Source: an uncultured Chloroflexia bacterium
GTDB lineage: Bacteria; Chloroflexota; Limnocylindria; Limnocylindrales; CSP1-4
Direction: 5' to 3'
DNA length: 64,000 bases
Assembly: GCA_963819655.1 (NCBI GenBank)
Contig: CAWFXA010000002.1
Span: 928,001 to 992,000, forward strand
The notes under the pieces are model-generated. The model worked only from the letters and a program-made list of their open reading frames with translations. It searched no databases and was not told the origin of the DNA. A program made the position numbers and the translations under genes. Each line of letters starts with the position of its first letter. Within the stretch, counting starts at the first letter, position 1. Shown here piece by piece: positions 29,442 through 39,652 of the stretch.

Positions 29442-30974
29442 ATGACGACGCTCCACGATCTCCGGCGTGCGCTCTTCCCGACGGCGCGCCCCATCGGGAG
29501 TGCGGAGCTCGGCCCAGAGCGTGGTCAGCGCGATGTCAGCTGGGTCCGCGTCCTCAAGCCTCGCGTGCCGGCATTCGAGGCCCTCGAGACCGGCGACCTC
29601 GCGATCATCCCGGGGCCCGCGCTGGCCGTCGTCGCGCCGGGGCCGGGGCAGATCCACGACCTGATCGTCGCACTCGTCCGTGCGCAGGTGCCAGCCGTCC
29701 TGCTGGTCGAGGGCGACACCGGCAACGACGCGCTCGATGCGCTCGGCGAGGCGGCCCGTACGGCTGGCCTCACTGCCCTCCACCTCGGTCGGGCCGATCC
29801 CGCGACTCTCGAGCGCAGCGTCATCGGCTTCCTCGTGAACCGCCGGGCTGAGCTCGACCGGCGGGCGGCGGACCTGGAGGCGCAGCTGGCCAGGTTCGCG
29901 TTGCTTGGGCGGGGTCTGGATGTCCAGGCCGCCACGATCGGTGCGTTCCTGGGCCGCGCCGTCGTCATCGAGGGCCGGCGCGGCGACCCGATCGCGGTCC
30001 ACGCCCCCGCCGATCTGCCGACTGCCGCCGCCGCGGTCGCGCGCTACCTCGCCCGACCCGGTGGCGCCGGTGCGCTCCGCATCGACATCCCGGCCGCGGC
30101 TGGTGAGCCTGGGCCGACGGGACGCCTCATCCTGCTCGGCGACGAGCCACCGAACGAGCTCGAACGGATCGCCGCGGAACGTGTGGCGGCACTGCTTGCG
30201 CTCGAGCTGGCCCGTGACGAGGCAGTCCGACAGGCGCGCGAGGAGACCCGCCGCGGTGACCCGCTCCCCGCCGATGGACCGCCGTGGGTCGTGATGCTCG
30301 CCTCGCAGGGCACGTCGATCGGACCGGAGGACATCGCGGCACGGGAAGAGACCCGGGCAGAGTTGCGGCTCCTGATGTCGCCCCGTCGGCTCGTCCTGCG
30401 CGGCAGCTCCGAGAGCCTCGAGCTCCGGCTGGTCGCCGCCGCGCCGTCCGACGATCCGGACGGTCTGGCGACCGCTGACCGGCTTGCCACGTTCCTGGCC
30501 CGGACCGTCGCGGTCAGCCGTCCGTTCAGCGAGCCTGGCGCCCGACCTGCGGCCGAGGCGGCGGCACGCGCCACGCTCGAAGCGGCCGACATCCTGCCCG
30601 ATCCGCCACGCGTCGTCCGAGCAGCGCGCCTTCCCGCGTACCTGCTGCTGGGCAACGTCCGGAATCTGCCCGACGGTGTGCGCCAGGCGCGCGAGCTGCT
30701 CGCGCCGATCCTCGTCGGACGCCCGGATGTCCAGCGGGAAAGGATCGACACCCTCGCGGCCGTCCTGTCGTCGCCCAGCCTCGCCGAGGCGGCCGTTCGG
30801 CTGGGCGTCCATCGCAACACGATCGCCTACCGGGTGCAGCGCCTCGAACAGCGCACGGACTGGGACCTGGCAGACCCTGAGCTGCGCGTGGCGCTCCTGC
30901 TAGCCGTCAGAGTCATGCAAAATGCACAAGAAGCGGCACCGACGCCGGTACTGAACCGCAACCCGGCCTCCTGA
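29442..30974 (+). CDS. PucR/CdaR-family transcriptional regulator
   Basis: N-terminal RDVSWVRV...GDL segment; C-terminal AAVRLGVHRNTIAYRVQRLE...DL HTH. Confidence 0.88.
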   Translation: MTTLHDLRRALFPTARPIGSAELGPERGQRDVSWVRVLKPRVPAFEALETGDLAIIPGPALAVVAPGPGQIHDLIVALVRAQVPAVLLVEGDTGNDALDALGEAARTAGLTALHLGRADPATLERSVIGFLVNRRAELDRRAADLEAQLARFALLGRGLDVQAATIGAFLGRAVVIEGRRGDPIAVHAPADLPTAAAAVARYLARPGGAGALRIDIPAAAGEPGPTGRLILLGDEPPNELERIAAERVAALLALELARDEAVRQAREETRRGDPLPADGPPWVVMLASQGTSIGPEDIAAREETRAELRLLMSPRRLVLRGSSESLELRLVAAAPSDDPDGLATADRLATFLARTVAVSRPFSEPGARPAAEAAARATLEAADILPDPPRVVRAARLPAYLLLGNVRNLPDGVRQARELLAPILVGRPDVQRERIDTLAAVLSSPSLAEAAVRLGVHRNTIAYRVQRLEQRTDWDLADPELRVALLLAVRVMQNAQEAAPTPVLNRNPAS

Positions 30975-31025
30975 TACTGTTGCCTCCCGAGGTGCATGAC
31001 CGCCCGTTTGGTGCGGGGTGCACAA
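30913..31025 (+). promoter_or_regulatory. glnA promoter region with two candidate PucR-type boxes
   Basis: TCATGC-N5-GCACAA (30913-30929) and TGGTGC-N5-GCACAA (31009-31025) flank an extended -10 TGaTACTGT (30972-30980). Confidence 0.5.
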
Positions 31026-31050
31026 ACCGGACGGGAGGAACACCATCGCG

Positions 31051-32508
31051 ATGACCACCCTCGAGCGGATCCCCAGCGGCGTCGCCGCCCCGACGTCGAC
31101 GGTCGCCGACGTCATGTCCCTGGCCCGCGAGGCGGGCGTCCTCATCGTCGATCTGCGTTTCGTCGACCTACCGGGCCAGTCGCAGCACTTCAGCATCCCC
31201 GTCAAGGACCTCGGGGAGGACCTGTTCATCGACGGGATCGGGTTCGACGGCTCCAGTATCCGCGGCTTCCAGCACATCCACGAGTCGGACATGCTGCTCA
31301 TGCCCGACCCGACCACCGCCTACGTCGACCCGACCCTCGACGTCACGACACTCATCCTGTCCTGCGACGTCGTCGAGCCTGGCAGCCGCACGCCGTACAG
31401 CCGCGACCCGCGTTATGTCGCTCGGAAGGCCGAGCGCTACCTGGGGGAGAGCGGCATCGCGACGACGTCGTTCTGGGGCCCCGAGGTCGAGTTCTACATC
31501 TTCGACTCGCTGCGGTTCGAGACCGCCGGCCACAAGTCGATGTACGAGATCGACTCGGACGAAGGCATCTGGAACTCCTCTCGCAACGGCACCTCGAACC
31601 TCGCGCATCGGCCCCGCCCGAAGGAGGGCTATTTCCCGGTCCCGCCGATGGACACTCTCCAGGACCTGCGCAGCAAGATGGTCCTCGCGCTGCAGGCGTC
31701 CGGCATCGACGTCGAGGTGCAGCATCACGAGGTCGGCGGTCCGGGCCAGGCCGAGATCGACATCCGTTACGGCACCCTTGTCGAGACCGCCGACAAGGTC
31801 CTCCGCTACAAATACTTGATCAAGCAGGTCGCCCACGCCGCCGGCAAGGTCGCGACGTTCATGCCCAAGCCGCTGTTCGGTGACAACGGCTCGGGGATGC
31901 ACACCCACCAGAGCCTGTGGAAGGACGGCACCAACCTGTTCTACGACGAGAACGGCTACGCGCTGCTGTCGGACACGGCGCGCTGGTACATCGGCGGGCT
32001 GTTGAAGCATGCCAAGGCGGTCCTCGCGTTCGCCGCTCCGACCACCAACTCGTACCGCCGGCTCGTGCCGGGCTACGAGGCGCCGATCAACCTCGTCTAC
32101 TCGCAGCGCAACCGCTCGGCGTGCATCCGCATCCCGACCTACTTCACGACCCCGGGTGCCCGTCGCCTGGAGTTCCGCTCGCCGGACCCGACGTGCAATC
32201 CGTACCTGTCGTTCAGCGCCCAGTTGCTCGCCGGCCTCGACGGCGTCATCAATAAGGTCGAGCCGCCGGCACCGGTCGACCGCGACATCTACGAGATGAG
32301 CGCCGAGGAGAAGGCAGGCATCGACGGCACGCCGGGCTCGCTCGAGGAGGCGCTCGACGCCCTCGAGGCCGACCAGGAATTCCTGTATCGCGGCGACGTG
32401 TTCACCAAGGACGTCGTCGACGCGTGGCTGGACTTCAAGCGCGCTGGCGCGAAGGAAGTCCAGCTCCGACCGCACCCGTACGAGTTCTACCTGTATAGCG
32501 AGATGTAA
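31051..32508 (+). CDS. glnA: glutamine synthetase type I-beta
   Basis: FDGSSIRGF, GPEVEF, KEGYFPVPP, HHEV, TFMPKP.FGDNGSGMH, YSQRNRSA. DRDIYEM adenylylation-type Tyr; PHPYEF. Confidence 0.96.
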   Translation: MTTLERIPSGVAAPTSTVADVMSLAREAGVLIVDLRFVDLPGQSQHFSIPVKDLGEDLFIDGIGFDGSSIRGFQHIHESDMLLMPDPTTAYVDPTLDVTTLILSCDVVEPGSRTPYSRDPRYVARKAERYLGESGIATTSFWGPEVEFYIFDSLRFETAGHKSMYEIDSDEGIWNSSRNGTSNLAHRPRPKEGYFPVPPMDTLQDLRSKMVLALQASGIDVEVQHHEVGGPGQAEIDIRYGTLVETADKVLRYKYLIKQVAHAAGKVATFMPKPLFGDNGSGMHTHQSLWKDGTNLFYDENGYALLSDTARWYIGGLLKHAKAVLAFAAPTTNSYRRLVPGYEAPINLVYSQRNRSACIRIPTYFTTPGARRLEFRSPDPTCNPYLSFSAQLLAGLDGVINKVEPPAPVDRDIYEMSAEEKAGIDGTPGSLEEALDALEADQEFLYRGDVFTKDVVDAWLDFKRAGAKEVQLRPHPYEFYLYSEM

Positions 32509-32608
32509 CTCGCCCAGCCCGACGCGACCACGCCCGGTCACCACGGTGGCCGGGCGTATCCTTGCCACCACCGCCCCGTCCCGCCCGGCCAAACATCAGG
32601 AGGTTCCG

Positions 32609-33982
32609 TTGACCGTCGCCACCCGACCCGAGTCCGGCCCAGACGCCGCCGCCAAGATCGAAGCTGCGAAGTCGAGCGGCATCCGCTTCATCCAGCTCCA
32701 GTTCACCGACATCATCGGCCACGTCAAGGCCGTCACGATCCCGATCCACCAGCTCGAGGGCTCGGTCAAGCACGGCACGTGGTTCGACGGCTCGTCGATC
32801 GAGGGGTTCACCCGGATCGCCGAGTCCGACCAGTACCTGATGCCGGACATGGACACCTTCGCGGAGATCCCGTGGCAGCCGGGATCCGGACCGCGCGGCA
32901 CGGCACGGGTGATCTGCGACGTCTTCACGCCGAACGGCGAGCCGTTCGTCGGCGATCCGCGGGGGGTCCTGCGCCGGCAGGTCGAGCGGGCGAAGAAGCT
33001 CGGTTACGTCGTCAACACTGGCCCCGAGCTCGAATTCTTCCTTTTCCGCCGCGGCGACGATGGGGCCATCGAACCACTGCCGCACGACCAGGCCGGCTAC
33101 TTCGACTTCTCGACCGACCTGGCCCAGGAGATCCGCCAGGACATGGTCGATGCCCTCGAGGCGTTCGGCATCCGGGTCGAGGCGGCGCATCACGAGGTGG
33201 CGGTCGGCCAGCACGAGATCGACTTCGAGTATTCGGACGCGCTGCGGACCGCCGACAACGCGATCACCTTCAAGTTCGCGCTCAAGGCGATCGCCCAGCA
33301 GCACGGCCTGTACGCGACGTTCATGCCCAAGCCCATCCACGGCATCAACGGCTCGGGTATGCATACGCACCAGTCGCTCTACTCGATCGCCGAGAACCGG
33401 AACGCGTTCGCCGACGCCGCGAACCCGTACGGCCTCTCGGACGTGGCGCGCTCGTACATGGCCGGGATCCTCGCCCACGCGCGCGGCATGATCGCGGTCC
33501 TTGCGCCGCTCGTGAACTCGTACAAGCGGCTCGTCCCCGGCTACGAGGCGCCCACCTACCTCACGTGGGGCCGCACGAACCGGTCGGCGCTCATCCGAGT
33601 GCCGATGGTGTCACCCGGCAAGTCGATCGAGGGGACGCGTGCCGAGGTCCGTTGCCCAGATCCGTCGTCGAACACCTACCTCGCGTTCGCGGCGATGATC
33701 GCCGCCGGCCTCGACGGCGTCGAGAAGGGCATGAGCCTGGCCGACCCGGTCGAGGAATCGCTCTTCGAGATGGACGCGACCCGGATCGCCGAGAAGGGCA
33801 TCCGCGAACTGCCCGGGACCTTGGGCGAGGCCCTCGACGAGCTCGAGCGCGACGACGTGATCCGCGACGCCCTCGGCGACCACATCTTCAACCACTACCT
33901 CGACGCGAAGCGCACCGAATGGGACGAGTACCGGACCCAGGTATCCGACTGGGAGGTCGACCGCTACCTGGACGAGTTCTAG
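32609..33982 (+). CDS. glnA: glutamine synthetase type I-alpha (second copy)
   Basis: AGGAGG RBS plus TTG start; FDGSSIEGF, GPELEFF, AGYFD, HHEVAVGQHEIDF, NGSGMH, NRSALIRVP. ESLFEM has no Tyr at the adenylylation position. Confidence 0.93.
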   Translation: MTVATRPESGPDAAAKIEAAKSSGIRFIQLQFTDIIGHVKAVTIPIHQLEGSVKHGTWFDGSSIEGFTRIAESDQYLMPDMDTFAEIPWQPGSGPRGTARVICDVFTPNGEPFVGDPRGVLRRQVERAKKLGYVVNTGPELEFFLFRRGDDGAIEPLPHDQAGYFDFSTDLAQEIRQDMVDALEAFGIRVEAAHHEVAVGQHEIDFEYSDALRTADNAITFKFALKAIAQQHGLYATFMPKPIHGINGSGMHTHQSLYSIAENRNAFADAANPYGLSDVARSYMAGILAHARGMIAVLAPLVNSYKRLVPGYEAPTYLTWGRTNRSALIRVPMVSPGKSIEGTRAEVRCPDPSSNTYLAFAAMIAAGLDGVEKGMSLADPVEESLFEMDATRIAEKGIRELPGTLGEALDELERDDVIRDALGDHIFNHYLDAKRTEWDEYRTQVSDWEVDRYLDEF

Positions 33983-33993
33983 GAGGACGCGCA

Positions 33994-34245
33994 ATGTCCC
34001 CCCTCATCGGCACGGGCATCTTCATCCTGGCGGCTGTCGTTTGGGTCGTCTGCGCGGTGTACGCGTATCGAATGGCTCCCAGCTTCGGCCGCGGCGCATG
34101 GACCTGGGGGATCCTCGGGATCATCCTGGGACCCATCGCGCTCATGATTCTCTACGTGTTGCCGAAGCACGCGCCGAAACCCGGCCACGGGCGATCCCAC
34201 GAGGACCCCCAAGCAGCCCTGTACGAGCGACCGAAGAAGCGCTGA
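33994..34245 (+). CDS. small membrane protein
   Basis: AGGAGG RBS; MSPLIGTGIF...GR.AWTWGILGIILGPIAL..LP pattern. Confidence 0.75.
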   Translation: MSPLIGTGIFILAAVVWVVCAVYAYRMAPSFGRGAWTWGILGIILGPIALMILYVLPKHAPKPGHGRSHEDPQAALYERPKKR

Positions 34246-35249
34246 TCCAGGGTCGCCCGTCCCGCCGTCGCGCGGCCTTGCTGCTGGGCGTGGCCGCGGC
34301 AATCGGCCTCCTGACGCTGTTGGTCGTGACCGATCCGCGTCGGATCGGGGTCTTCCGGGAACGAGCCGGCCGGACCGCGGAGCCTGGCGAGGCGGGCTGG
34401 GTGGCTCGCGCCGCGGCGCCGGTCGCGCTGACCGAGGTGGCCGCCGCCGCGCATGACGGCCGGATCTGGGTGGCGGGCGGCCTCGATGGCGGTGGTCGAG
34501 CGGTCGATCGGCTGCTTGCCTACGACCCGGCAGGTGACGCCTGGGCGGACGGGCCGCCCTTGCCCGAACCGGTCCACCATGCCGCTCTGGTGTCGGATGG
34601 TGAGGCGCTCGTCCTGATCGGCGGGTACGAGGGCGATGGCTTCGACCGTCCGACCGCTGCCGTCTGGCGCCTCGACGATGCGGCTGCGGGCGTCTGGGCG
34701 CTCGCCGAGCCGCTGCCCGAACCGCGCGGGGCTGGTGCGGCGGCGTGGAACGGGCGAGGCGGGGTCGTCTTCGGCGGAGGCGTCGGACCGGGCGGTCCTT
34801 CGGCCGATGTGTTCGTGCTCGAGAACGGCGAATGGCGTTTGTTGGCATCGCTCAGCCGGGCGCGCGAGCATCTCGCCGCGTCGTCACTGGGCGCCGGCTC
34901 CGTCTCGTTCCTTGGCGGCCGTGACGCCGGCGGCAATCTCGGGACGGTGGATCTCGTGTCCGAGGTGGGCGTGGTCGGGCGGGCCGAAGACCTCCCGACG
35001 GCCCGCGGAGGCATCGCCGCGTTCTCGGCGGGCGCGCTCGGTGATTGCGTCGCGGGTGGAGAGGGACCCGACGGGACCTTCGGGACGGTCGAATGCATCG
35101 GCGCGATCACGACGACGCTCCCCGGCCTGACCGTGCCGCGACACGGGCTGGGCGCCGCGTTCGTGGACGGCCGGGCGTACGCCGTGCTCGGCGGACCTCG
35201 GCCCGGCCTGACCGTCAGCGCCGTCGTCGAAGTGCTGGACCTGCGCTGA
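34242..35249 (+). CDS. Kelch-repeat protein with N-terminal membrane anchor
   Basis: Repeated VAGG/LIGG/FGGG/LGG...W...LP.PR units. Start uncertain. Confidence 0.8.
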   Translation: MIQGRPSRRRAALLLGVAAAIGLLTLLVVTDPRRIGVFRERAGRTAEPGEAGWVARAAAPVALTEVAAAAHDGRIWVAGGLDGGGRAVDRLLAYDPAGDAWADGPPLPEPVHHAALVSDGEALVLIGGYEGDGFDRPTAAVWRLDDAAAGVWALAEPLPEPRGAGAAAWNGRGGVVFGGGVGPGGPSADVFVLENGEWRLLASLSRAREHLAASSLGAGSVSFLGGRDAGGNLGTVDLVSEVGVVGRAEDLPTARGGIAAFSAGALGDCVAGGEGPDGTFGTVECIGAITTTLPGLTVPRHGLGAAFVDGRAYAVLGGPRPGLTVSAVVEVLDLR

Positions 35250-35459
35250 TCCAGGCCCCGGCATGCGCCCTCTGCCACTCCCTTGTCATGCACGAGGTGC
35301 ATACGAGGCCAGAGCGGCCAGAGTGGCCAGGATCACGTCGCGAGCTGCGACCGTTCTCATCGCTGCAGGGTCGAGAACCGTGTCGCGGGGTCCGCATGCG
35401 CGGGACGCATGACGAGGGAGTGTCCGCCCCAGTTGAGTGTCGGCCTAGTGGGATCGCGC

Positions 35460-36206
35460 ATGATGGCCGACATGCACGACGAACGACATGCGGCCGCGCA
35501 CCTGGGCACTGAACTACGCCGGGCCCGGCAGCGATGTCGTATGCGACAGAGCGACGTCGCAGCTCGCATTGACTGCTCGCAATCGATGATCAGCCGGATG
35601 GAGCTGGGCGGCGGCGCCTACATGCCACTGGCCACGTGGGCGGCTGCTGCCGAGGCGCTGGATCGGCGGCTGGTCGTCGATATCGTTCACGAGCGCCCAG
35701 AGCTCCCGCGGGAGGACTCGTTGGCCGTTCGCTGCCATCGTGCGATCACTCGGGAGGCGCAGGGCGGGAAGTGGTCGGCGGTGACGGAGATCCGATCCCG
35801 GCCTGGGCATCAGGAGATCGAAACCGTACTCGCGCGGGCCTCTGACACGGTCGTCGTCCACGCCTGGGATGTCGTTACGCGCGTCGCTACCCGGCTCGAG
35901 ATGCTGCTGGCAAGCGTGGATCGCGAGCGCTCGGGACCAGACGGTAGCTCCGTATGCGGGCTGGTCGTCGTTCCTTCGACGCCCGGCAATCGACGGCGGA
36001 TGACAGAAGAGAGGGCGCTACTAGGAACGGCCGTACCGGCCCTCGCTGCCCACTGGTATGCCGCCCTCCGCAATGCGCATCGACCGGTGCCGATCAGCGC
36101 AGGCGTTCTGTGGCTGGACCGTCACGCCGGGCGCCTGCTGCCGGCGCCGTTGTTGCCGGGTTGGATCTGGGTCACCCCGGATCACGCGAGCCGCGTACTG
36201 GGCTGA
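35460..36206 (+). CDS. XRE-family HTH protein with an uncharacterised C-terminal domain
   Basis: LRRAR...MRQSDVAARIDCSQSMISRMELG. Start uncertain. Confidence 0.7.
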   Translation: MMADMHDERHAAAHLGTELRRARQRCRMRQSDVAARIDCSQSMISRMELGGGAYMPLATWAAAAEALDRRLVVDIVHERPELPREDSLAVRCHRAITREAQGGKWSAVTEIRSRPGHQEIETVLARASDTVVVHAWDVVTRVATRLEMLLASVDRERSGPDGSSVCGLVVVPSTPGNRRRMTEERALLGTAVPALAAHWYAALRNAHRPVPISAGVLWLDRHAGRLLPAPLLPGWIWVTPDHASRVLG

Positions 36207-36268
36207 CGGGAAACTTCGACGGGAACGCGCCAAGGAACGGCCCCGATTCCGGCAAGATGGGCCGCGTG

Positions 36269-37465
36269 ATGGACGTCCGGCCGGGTCGCTCGCTCGGCCT
36301 GTTGTCGGTCGCGCACGCCGTCAACCACGCATTCGCGGTGCTGCTGCCGCTGATCTTCCTCGCGATCATCGACGAGTTCGGGGTCACGGTGCAGGCGGTC
36401 GCGTTCCTTGCCGCGGCGGGCTCGATAGCCGCGGGGCTCGTCCAGCTGAGCTATGCCGAGCTGACACGGCGTGTCTCGCGCCGGCGGCTCCTGGGGTTGG
36501 GCGGAATCCTGTTCGGCGGCGGGTTCGCCGCGATGGCCCTCGCCTCGAACTTCGCGACGTTCGCCGTCCCGAACATCGTGGCGCGGATCGGCTCCTCGCC
36601 GCAGCACCCGGTCGGCAACGGTCTGCTGGCCGAGCAATTCCCGCCGGAGCGACGCGGGTTCGCCATCAGCGCCCACATCGCGGGCGGCAACGTGGGCACG
36701 GTCGTGATCGCGGTCGTCGGGACGCCGCTGATGGCGCTGCTCGGGTGGCGCGGCGTGTCGATCGTGTTCGGCGTCGCCGCGATCGTGATCGCCCTCGGCG
36801 TCCTGACGTTCATCCGGGAACGCGGCACGGACCGGGCTGCTGCCCGGGCCGGTGGCAGCAGCCTCGACGCGCTCCGGCGGGTCGTCGCAGACCGCGACCT
36901 CCGCTGGCTGTTCCTGACGTCCGTCCTGGGCGGCGGAGGTCGCGGGCTCGGGGTCGTGAATCTGTTCGCGTTGATCTACATGACCCGGGTCATCGGCCTC
37001 GACGACGCGACATCCGGGCTGATGTACGGCGCACTGATCGTGTTCAGCGTGCCGATCCCGCTGCTGGCCGGCTGGCTATCCGACCGGTTCGGGCGCAAGC
37101 CGTTGATCATCCTCGCCTACCTCGGTGGCGCGGTCGGGTTCGGTGTGTTCATCCTCGGCGGCTCGTCGCTCGTGTGGCTGTGGACCGGGATCGTGATCAT
37201 GGGGCTGTTCTCCTTCGCGGAGTCGCCCCAGCTCCAGGCGCTCCTCGCCGACATCTCGCCGCCGGCGACCCGCGACGCGTCGTACGCGCTGTACTTCACG
37301 CTCGCGTTCGGGGTCGGGTCGTTGTGGACGGCGCTCTACGGCGTCGTCATCGAGGTGCTGGGGGAGCCGACCGGGGTGCCGGCCGTGTTCGGGCTGATGG
37401 CCGCGGCGTTCGTGGCAGCCGCTCTCACGACGCTCCCGATCCGGACGGAACGGTCCGCAGCCTAG
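36269..37465 (+). CDS. MFS transporter
   Basis: About 12 TM segments; GSSPQHP, ERRGFA, GWLSDRFGRK. Confidence 0.9.
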   Translation: MDVRPGRSLGLLSVAHAVNHAFAVLLPLIFLAIIDEFGVTVQAVAFLAAAGSIAAGLVQLSYAELTRRVSRRRLLGLGGILFGGGFAAMALASNFATFAVPNIVARIGSSPQHPVGNGLLAEQFPPERRGFAISAHIAGGNVGTVVIAVVGTPLMALLGWRGVSIVFGVAAIVIALGVLTFIRERGTDRAAARAGGSSLDALRRVVADRDLRWLFLTSVLGGGGRGLGVVNLFALIYMTRVIGLDDATSGLMYGALIVFSVPIPLLAGWLSDRFGRKPLIILAYLGGAVGFGVFILGGSSLVWLWTGIVIMGLFSFAESPQLQALLADISPPATRDASYALYFTLAFGVGSLWTALYGVVIEVLGEPTGVPAVFGLMAAAFVAAALTTLPIRTERSAA

Positions 37466-37480
37466 GGCATACTCCCGCGA

Positions 37481-38164
37481 ATGGACGCCAGGATCCTGCT
37501 CATCGAGGACGATCCGTCGATCCGGGAGGTGACCGCGATCGGGTTGCGGAACGCGGGTTTCACGGTCGAGACCGCGGACGACGGCCGTGCCGGGCTCGAT
37601 CGATTCGAGGCCGCGAACGTCGACCTGGTGCTGCTCGACGTCATGCTGCCGCGGATGGATGGCCTCGAGGTGGCCCGCGCGATCCGCCGCACCTCGATAG
37701 TCCCGATCGTGATGCTCACCGCGCGCGCCGACACGATCGACGTCGTGGTCGGCCTCGAGGCGGGTGCCGACGACTACGTGCGTAAGCCGTTCGAGGTGCC
37801 CGAGCTGGTGGCCCGCGTCCGTGCGGCGTTGCGACGCGTCGACCGGCGCGACGGGGACGAGGCCGCGCAGCTCCGCCTGGGCCCGCTGCTCATCGATCTC
37901 GCCGGTCGGAGCGTGACGCGGGACGGGGAGGACATCGCGCTCACGCGGACCGAATTCGACCTGCTGGCCGACCTGGCTCGCCACCCCGGTCAGGTGCTCG
38001 CGCGCGACACGCTGCTCGACCGGATCTGGGGCTACGACTACCTCGGCGATTCGCGCCTGGTCGATGTCGCGGTCGGACGGCTGCGCGCCAAGGTCGAGGC
38101 CGACCCCGCGTCCCCGGAGCTGATCCTCACGGTCCGTGGGGCCGGCTACAAGGCAGCGCGGTAG
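37481..38164 (+). CDS. mtrA: OmpR-family response regulator (MtrA-like)
   Basis: IEDD, LLDVMLP, VPIVMLTARADTIDVVVGLEAGADDY.KPF, WGY...DSRLVDV...RLRAKVE.DP, TVRGAGYK. Confidence 0.85.
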   Translation: MDARILLIEDDPSIREVTAIGLRNAGFTVETADDGRAGLDRFEAANVDLVLLDVMLPRMDGLEVARAIRRTSIVPIVMLTARADTIDVVVGLEAGADDYVRKPFEVPELVARVRAALRRVDRRDGDEAAQLRLGPLLIDLAGRSVTRDGEDIALTRTEFDLLADLARHPGQVLARDTLLDRIWGYDYLGDSRLVDVAVGRLRAKVEADPASPELILTVRGAGYKAAR

Positions 38165-38172
38165 GGCGCGGG

Positions 38173-39606
38173 ATGCACTGGCCGCGGGGGGTCCGGGCTC
38201 GACTTGCCGGCGCGCTGGTCCTCCTCGTGGCGCTCACCGCGGTCGTGCTCGGGGTCGGTGCGTCGGTCTTCGTCGACGTGCGCCTCCATGACCAGACGCT
38301 CCAGGACGCGGCAGCCCAGGCGCGCTTCGATCTCACCGTCACGGTGCCCGGCCGGCAGCTGCCCGACCGCCCGACGGTCGAGGACATCACGCGCAGCGGT
38401 CTGACCGACACGTTCCGGCGGCGCAACGTCGAATCGGTCATCGATCTCGGCGGCGGCCAGTCGGTCAAGTCCACCGATGCGCTCGGCGACCTCCTCGAGC
38501 GCCTGCCACCCGACGTCCCGGCGCGGGTCGGCCGGGGAGAGCTGGCCTACGCCTGGATCGACGTCGCGGGCGTCCCGTCGCTGGTCGTCGGCGGTCTCGC
38601 GCCGGGCGGCAGCATGGCCGTCTATTTCGTGCGAAGCGTCGAATCGATCTCGGCCGCGGTCGACCAGTTCCGGGCCGTGCTGCTGATCGGCTCCGCGCTG
38701 CTCGTCGTGATCGCGTTGTTGACGGCCAGGATCGTCGCCCGCGGCATCCTCGCCCCGATCGAGGAAGCGGGCCAGACCGCCGAACGCATCGAGCGCGGCG
38801 ACCTGCTCGCGCGGGTGCCCGTGACGTCGCACGACGAGTTCGGGACGTGGGCCGACCGCTTCAACAGGATGACGGACACCCTCGCCGAGTCGATCCGCCG
38901 GCTGGAGGCGGCCCAGCACCAGAATCGCCGGTTCGTGGCGGACGTGTCGCACGAGCTGCGAACACCGCTCACTGCTCTCGTCGCCGAGGCGTCGATCTTG
39001 CGCGAGCATCTCGACGAACTGCCGCCGGAGAGCCGGCGCGCGGCTGAGCTGCTGGTCAAGGACGTCGGGCGGCTGCGGACCCTGGTCGAGGAGCTCATGG
39101 AGCTGTCGCGCTTCGACGCCGATGCCGAGCAGGTGGCCCTCGAGCAGGTCGACCTTGGACGGCTCGTCGAGACCGTGCAGGCCGCGCGCTCGCCGAAGGC
39201 CACGTTCGTGGCACCCGACCGGCCGGTGGTCGTCGACGCGGACCCCCGCCGCCTCGAGCGGATCCTCGGCAACTTCCTCGACAACGCAAAGGAGCACGCC
39301 GCGGACGCCGACGTGGAGATCGAGATCGATGGCCGAGCGGAGGACGTCGTCATCGCGGTGTCCGACCGCGGCCCCGGCGTCCCGGGCGACCGGCTCGAAT
39401 TGATCTTCGACCGGTTCACGAAAGTCGATCCGTCGCGGTCCGGTGGGAGCAGTGGCCTGGGTCTGGCGATCGCGGCTGAACACGCGGCGCTCATGGGTGG
39501 TTATCTCCAGGCCATGAACCGCGAAGGCGGCGGCCTGCGGCTCGAGCTGGTCCTGCCCCGAGATGTTGCCCGATCGTTACGCGGCGGCGATGGGACGGCG
39601 ACATGA
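38173..39606 (+). CDS. HAMP-domain sensor histidine kinase (MtrB-like)
   Basis: Two TM segments, HAMP domain, H-box FVADVSHELRTPL, N-box NFLDNA, DRGPG, GLGLAI. Confidence 0.92.
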   Translation: MHWPRGVRARLAGALVLLVALTAVVLGVGASVFVDVRLHDQTLQDAAAQARFDLTVTVPGRQLPDRPTVEDITRSGLTDTFRRRNVESVIDLGGGQSVKSTDALGDLLERLPPDVPARVGRGELAYAWIDVAGVPSLVVGGLAPGGSMAVYFVRSVESISAAVDQFRAVLLIGSALLVVIALLTARIVARGILAPIEEAGQTAERIERGDLLARVPVTSHDEFGTWADRFNRMTDTLAESIRRLEAAQHQNRRFVADVSHELRTPLTALVAEASILREHLDELPPESRRAAELLVKDVGRLRTLVEELMELSRFDADAEQVALEQVDLGRLVETVQAARSPKATFVAPDRPVVVDADPRRLERILGNFLDNAKEHAADADVEIEIDGRAEDVVIAVSDRGPGVPGDRLELIFDRFTKVDPSRSGGSSGLGLAIAAEHAALMGGYLQAMNREGGGLRLELVLPRDVARSLRGGDGTAT

Positions 39607-39652
39607 CGGATCGAGCCTTGGGCGCAGTCACGTCGCACCTGGAGCCCAGCCG

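Noticed and set aside
31006-31028. GTTTG-N10-CACAAACC before glnA, resembling the xylose operator
   Set aside because: The spacing is one base shorter than at both xyl sites; it is better explained as the PucR-type box.
35250-35459. Short palindrome ATGCACGAGGTGCAT and GGCCAGAG repeats upstream of the XRE gene, as a mobile-element end
   Set aside because: No matching sequence was found at the other side of the gene, and there is no transposase or target duplication.
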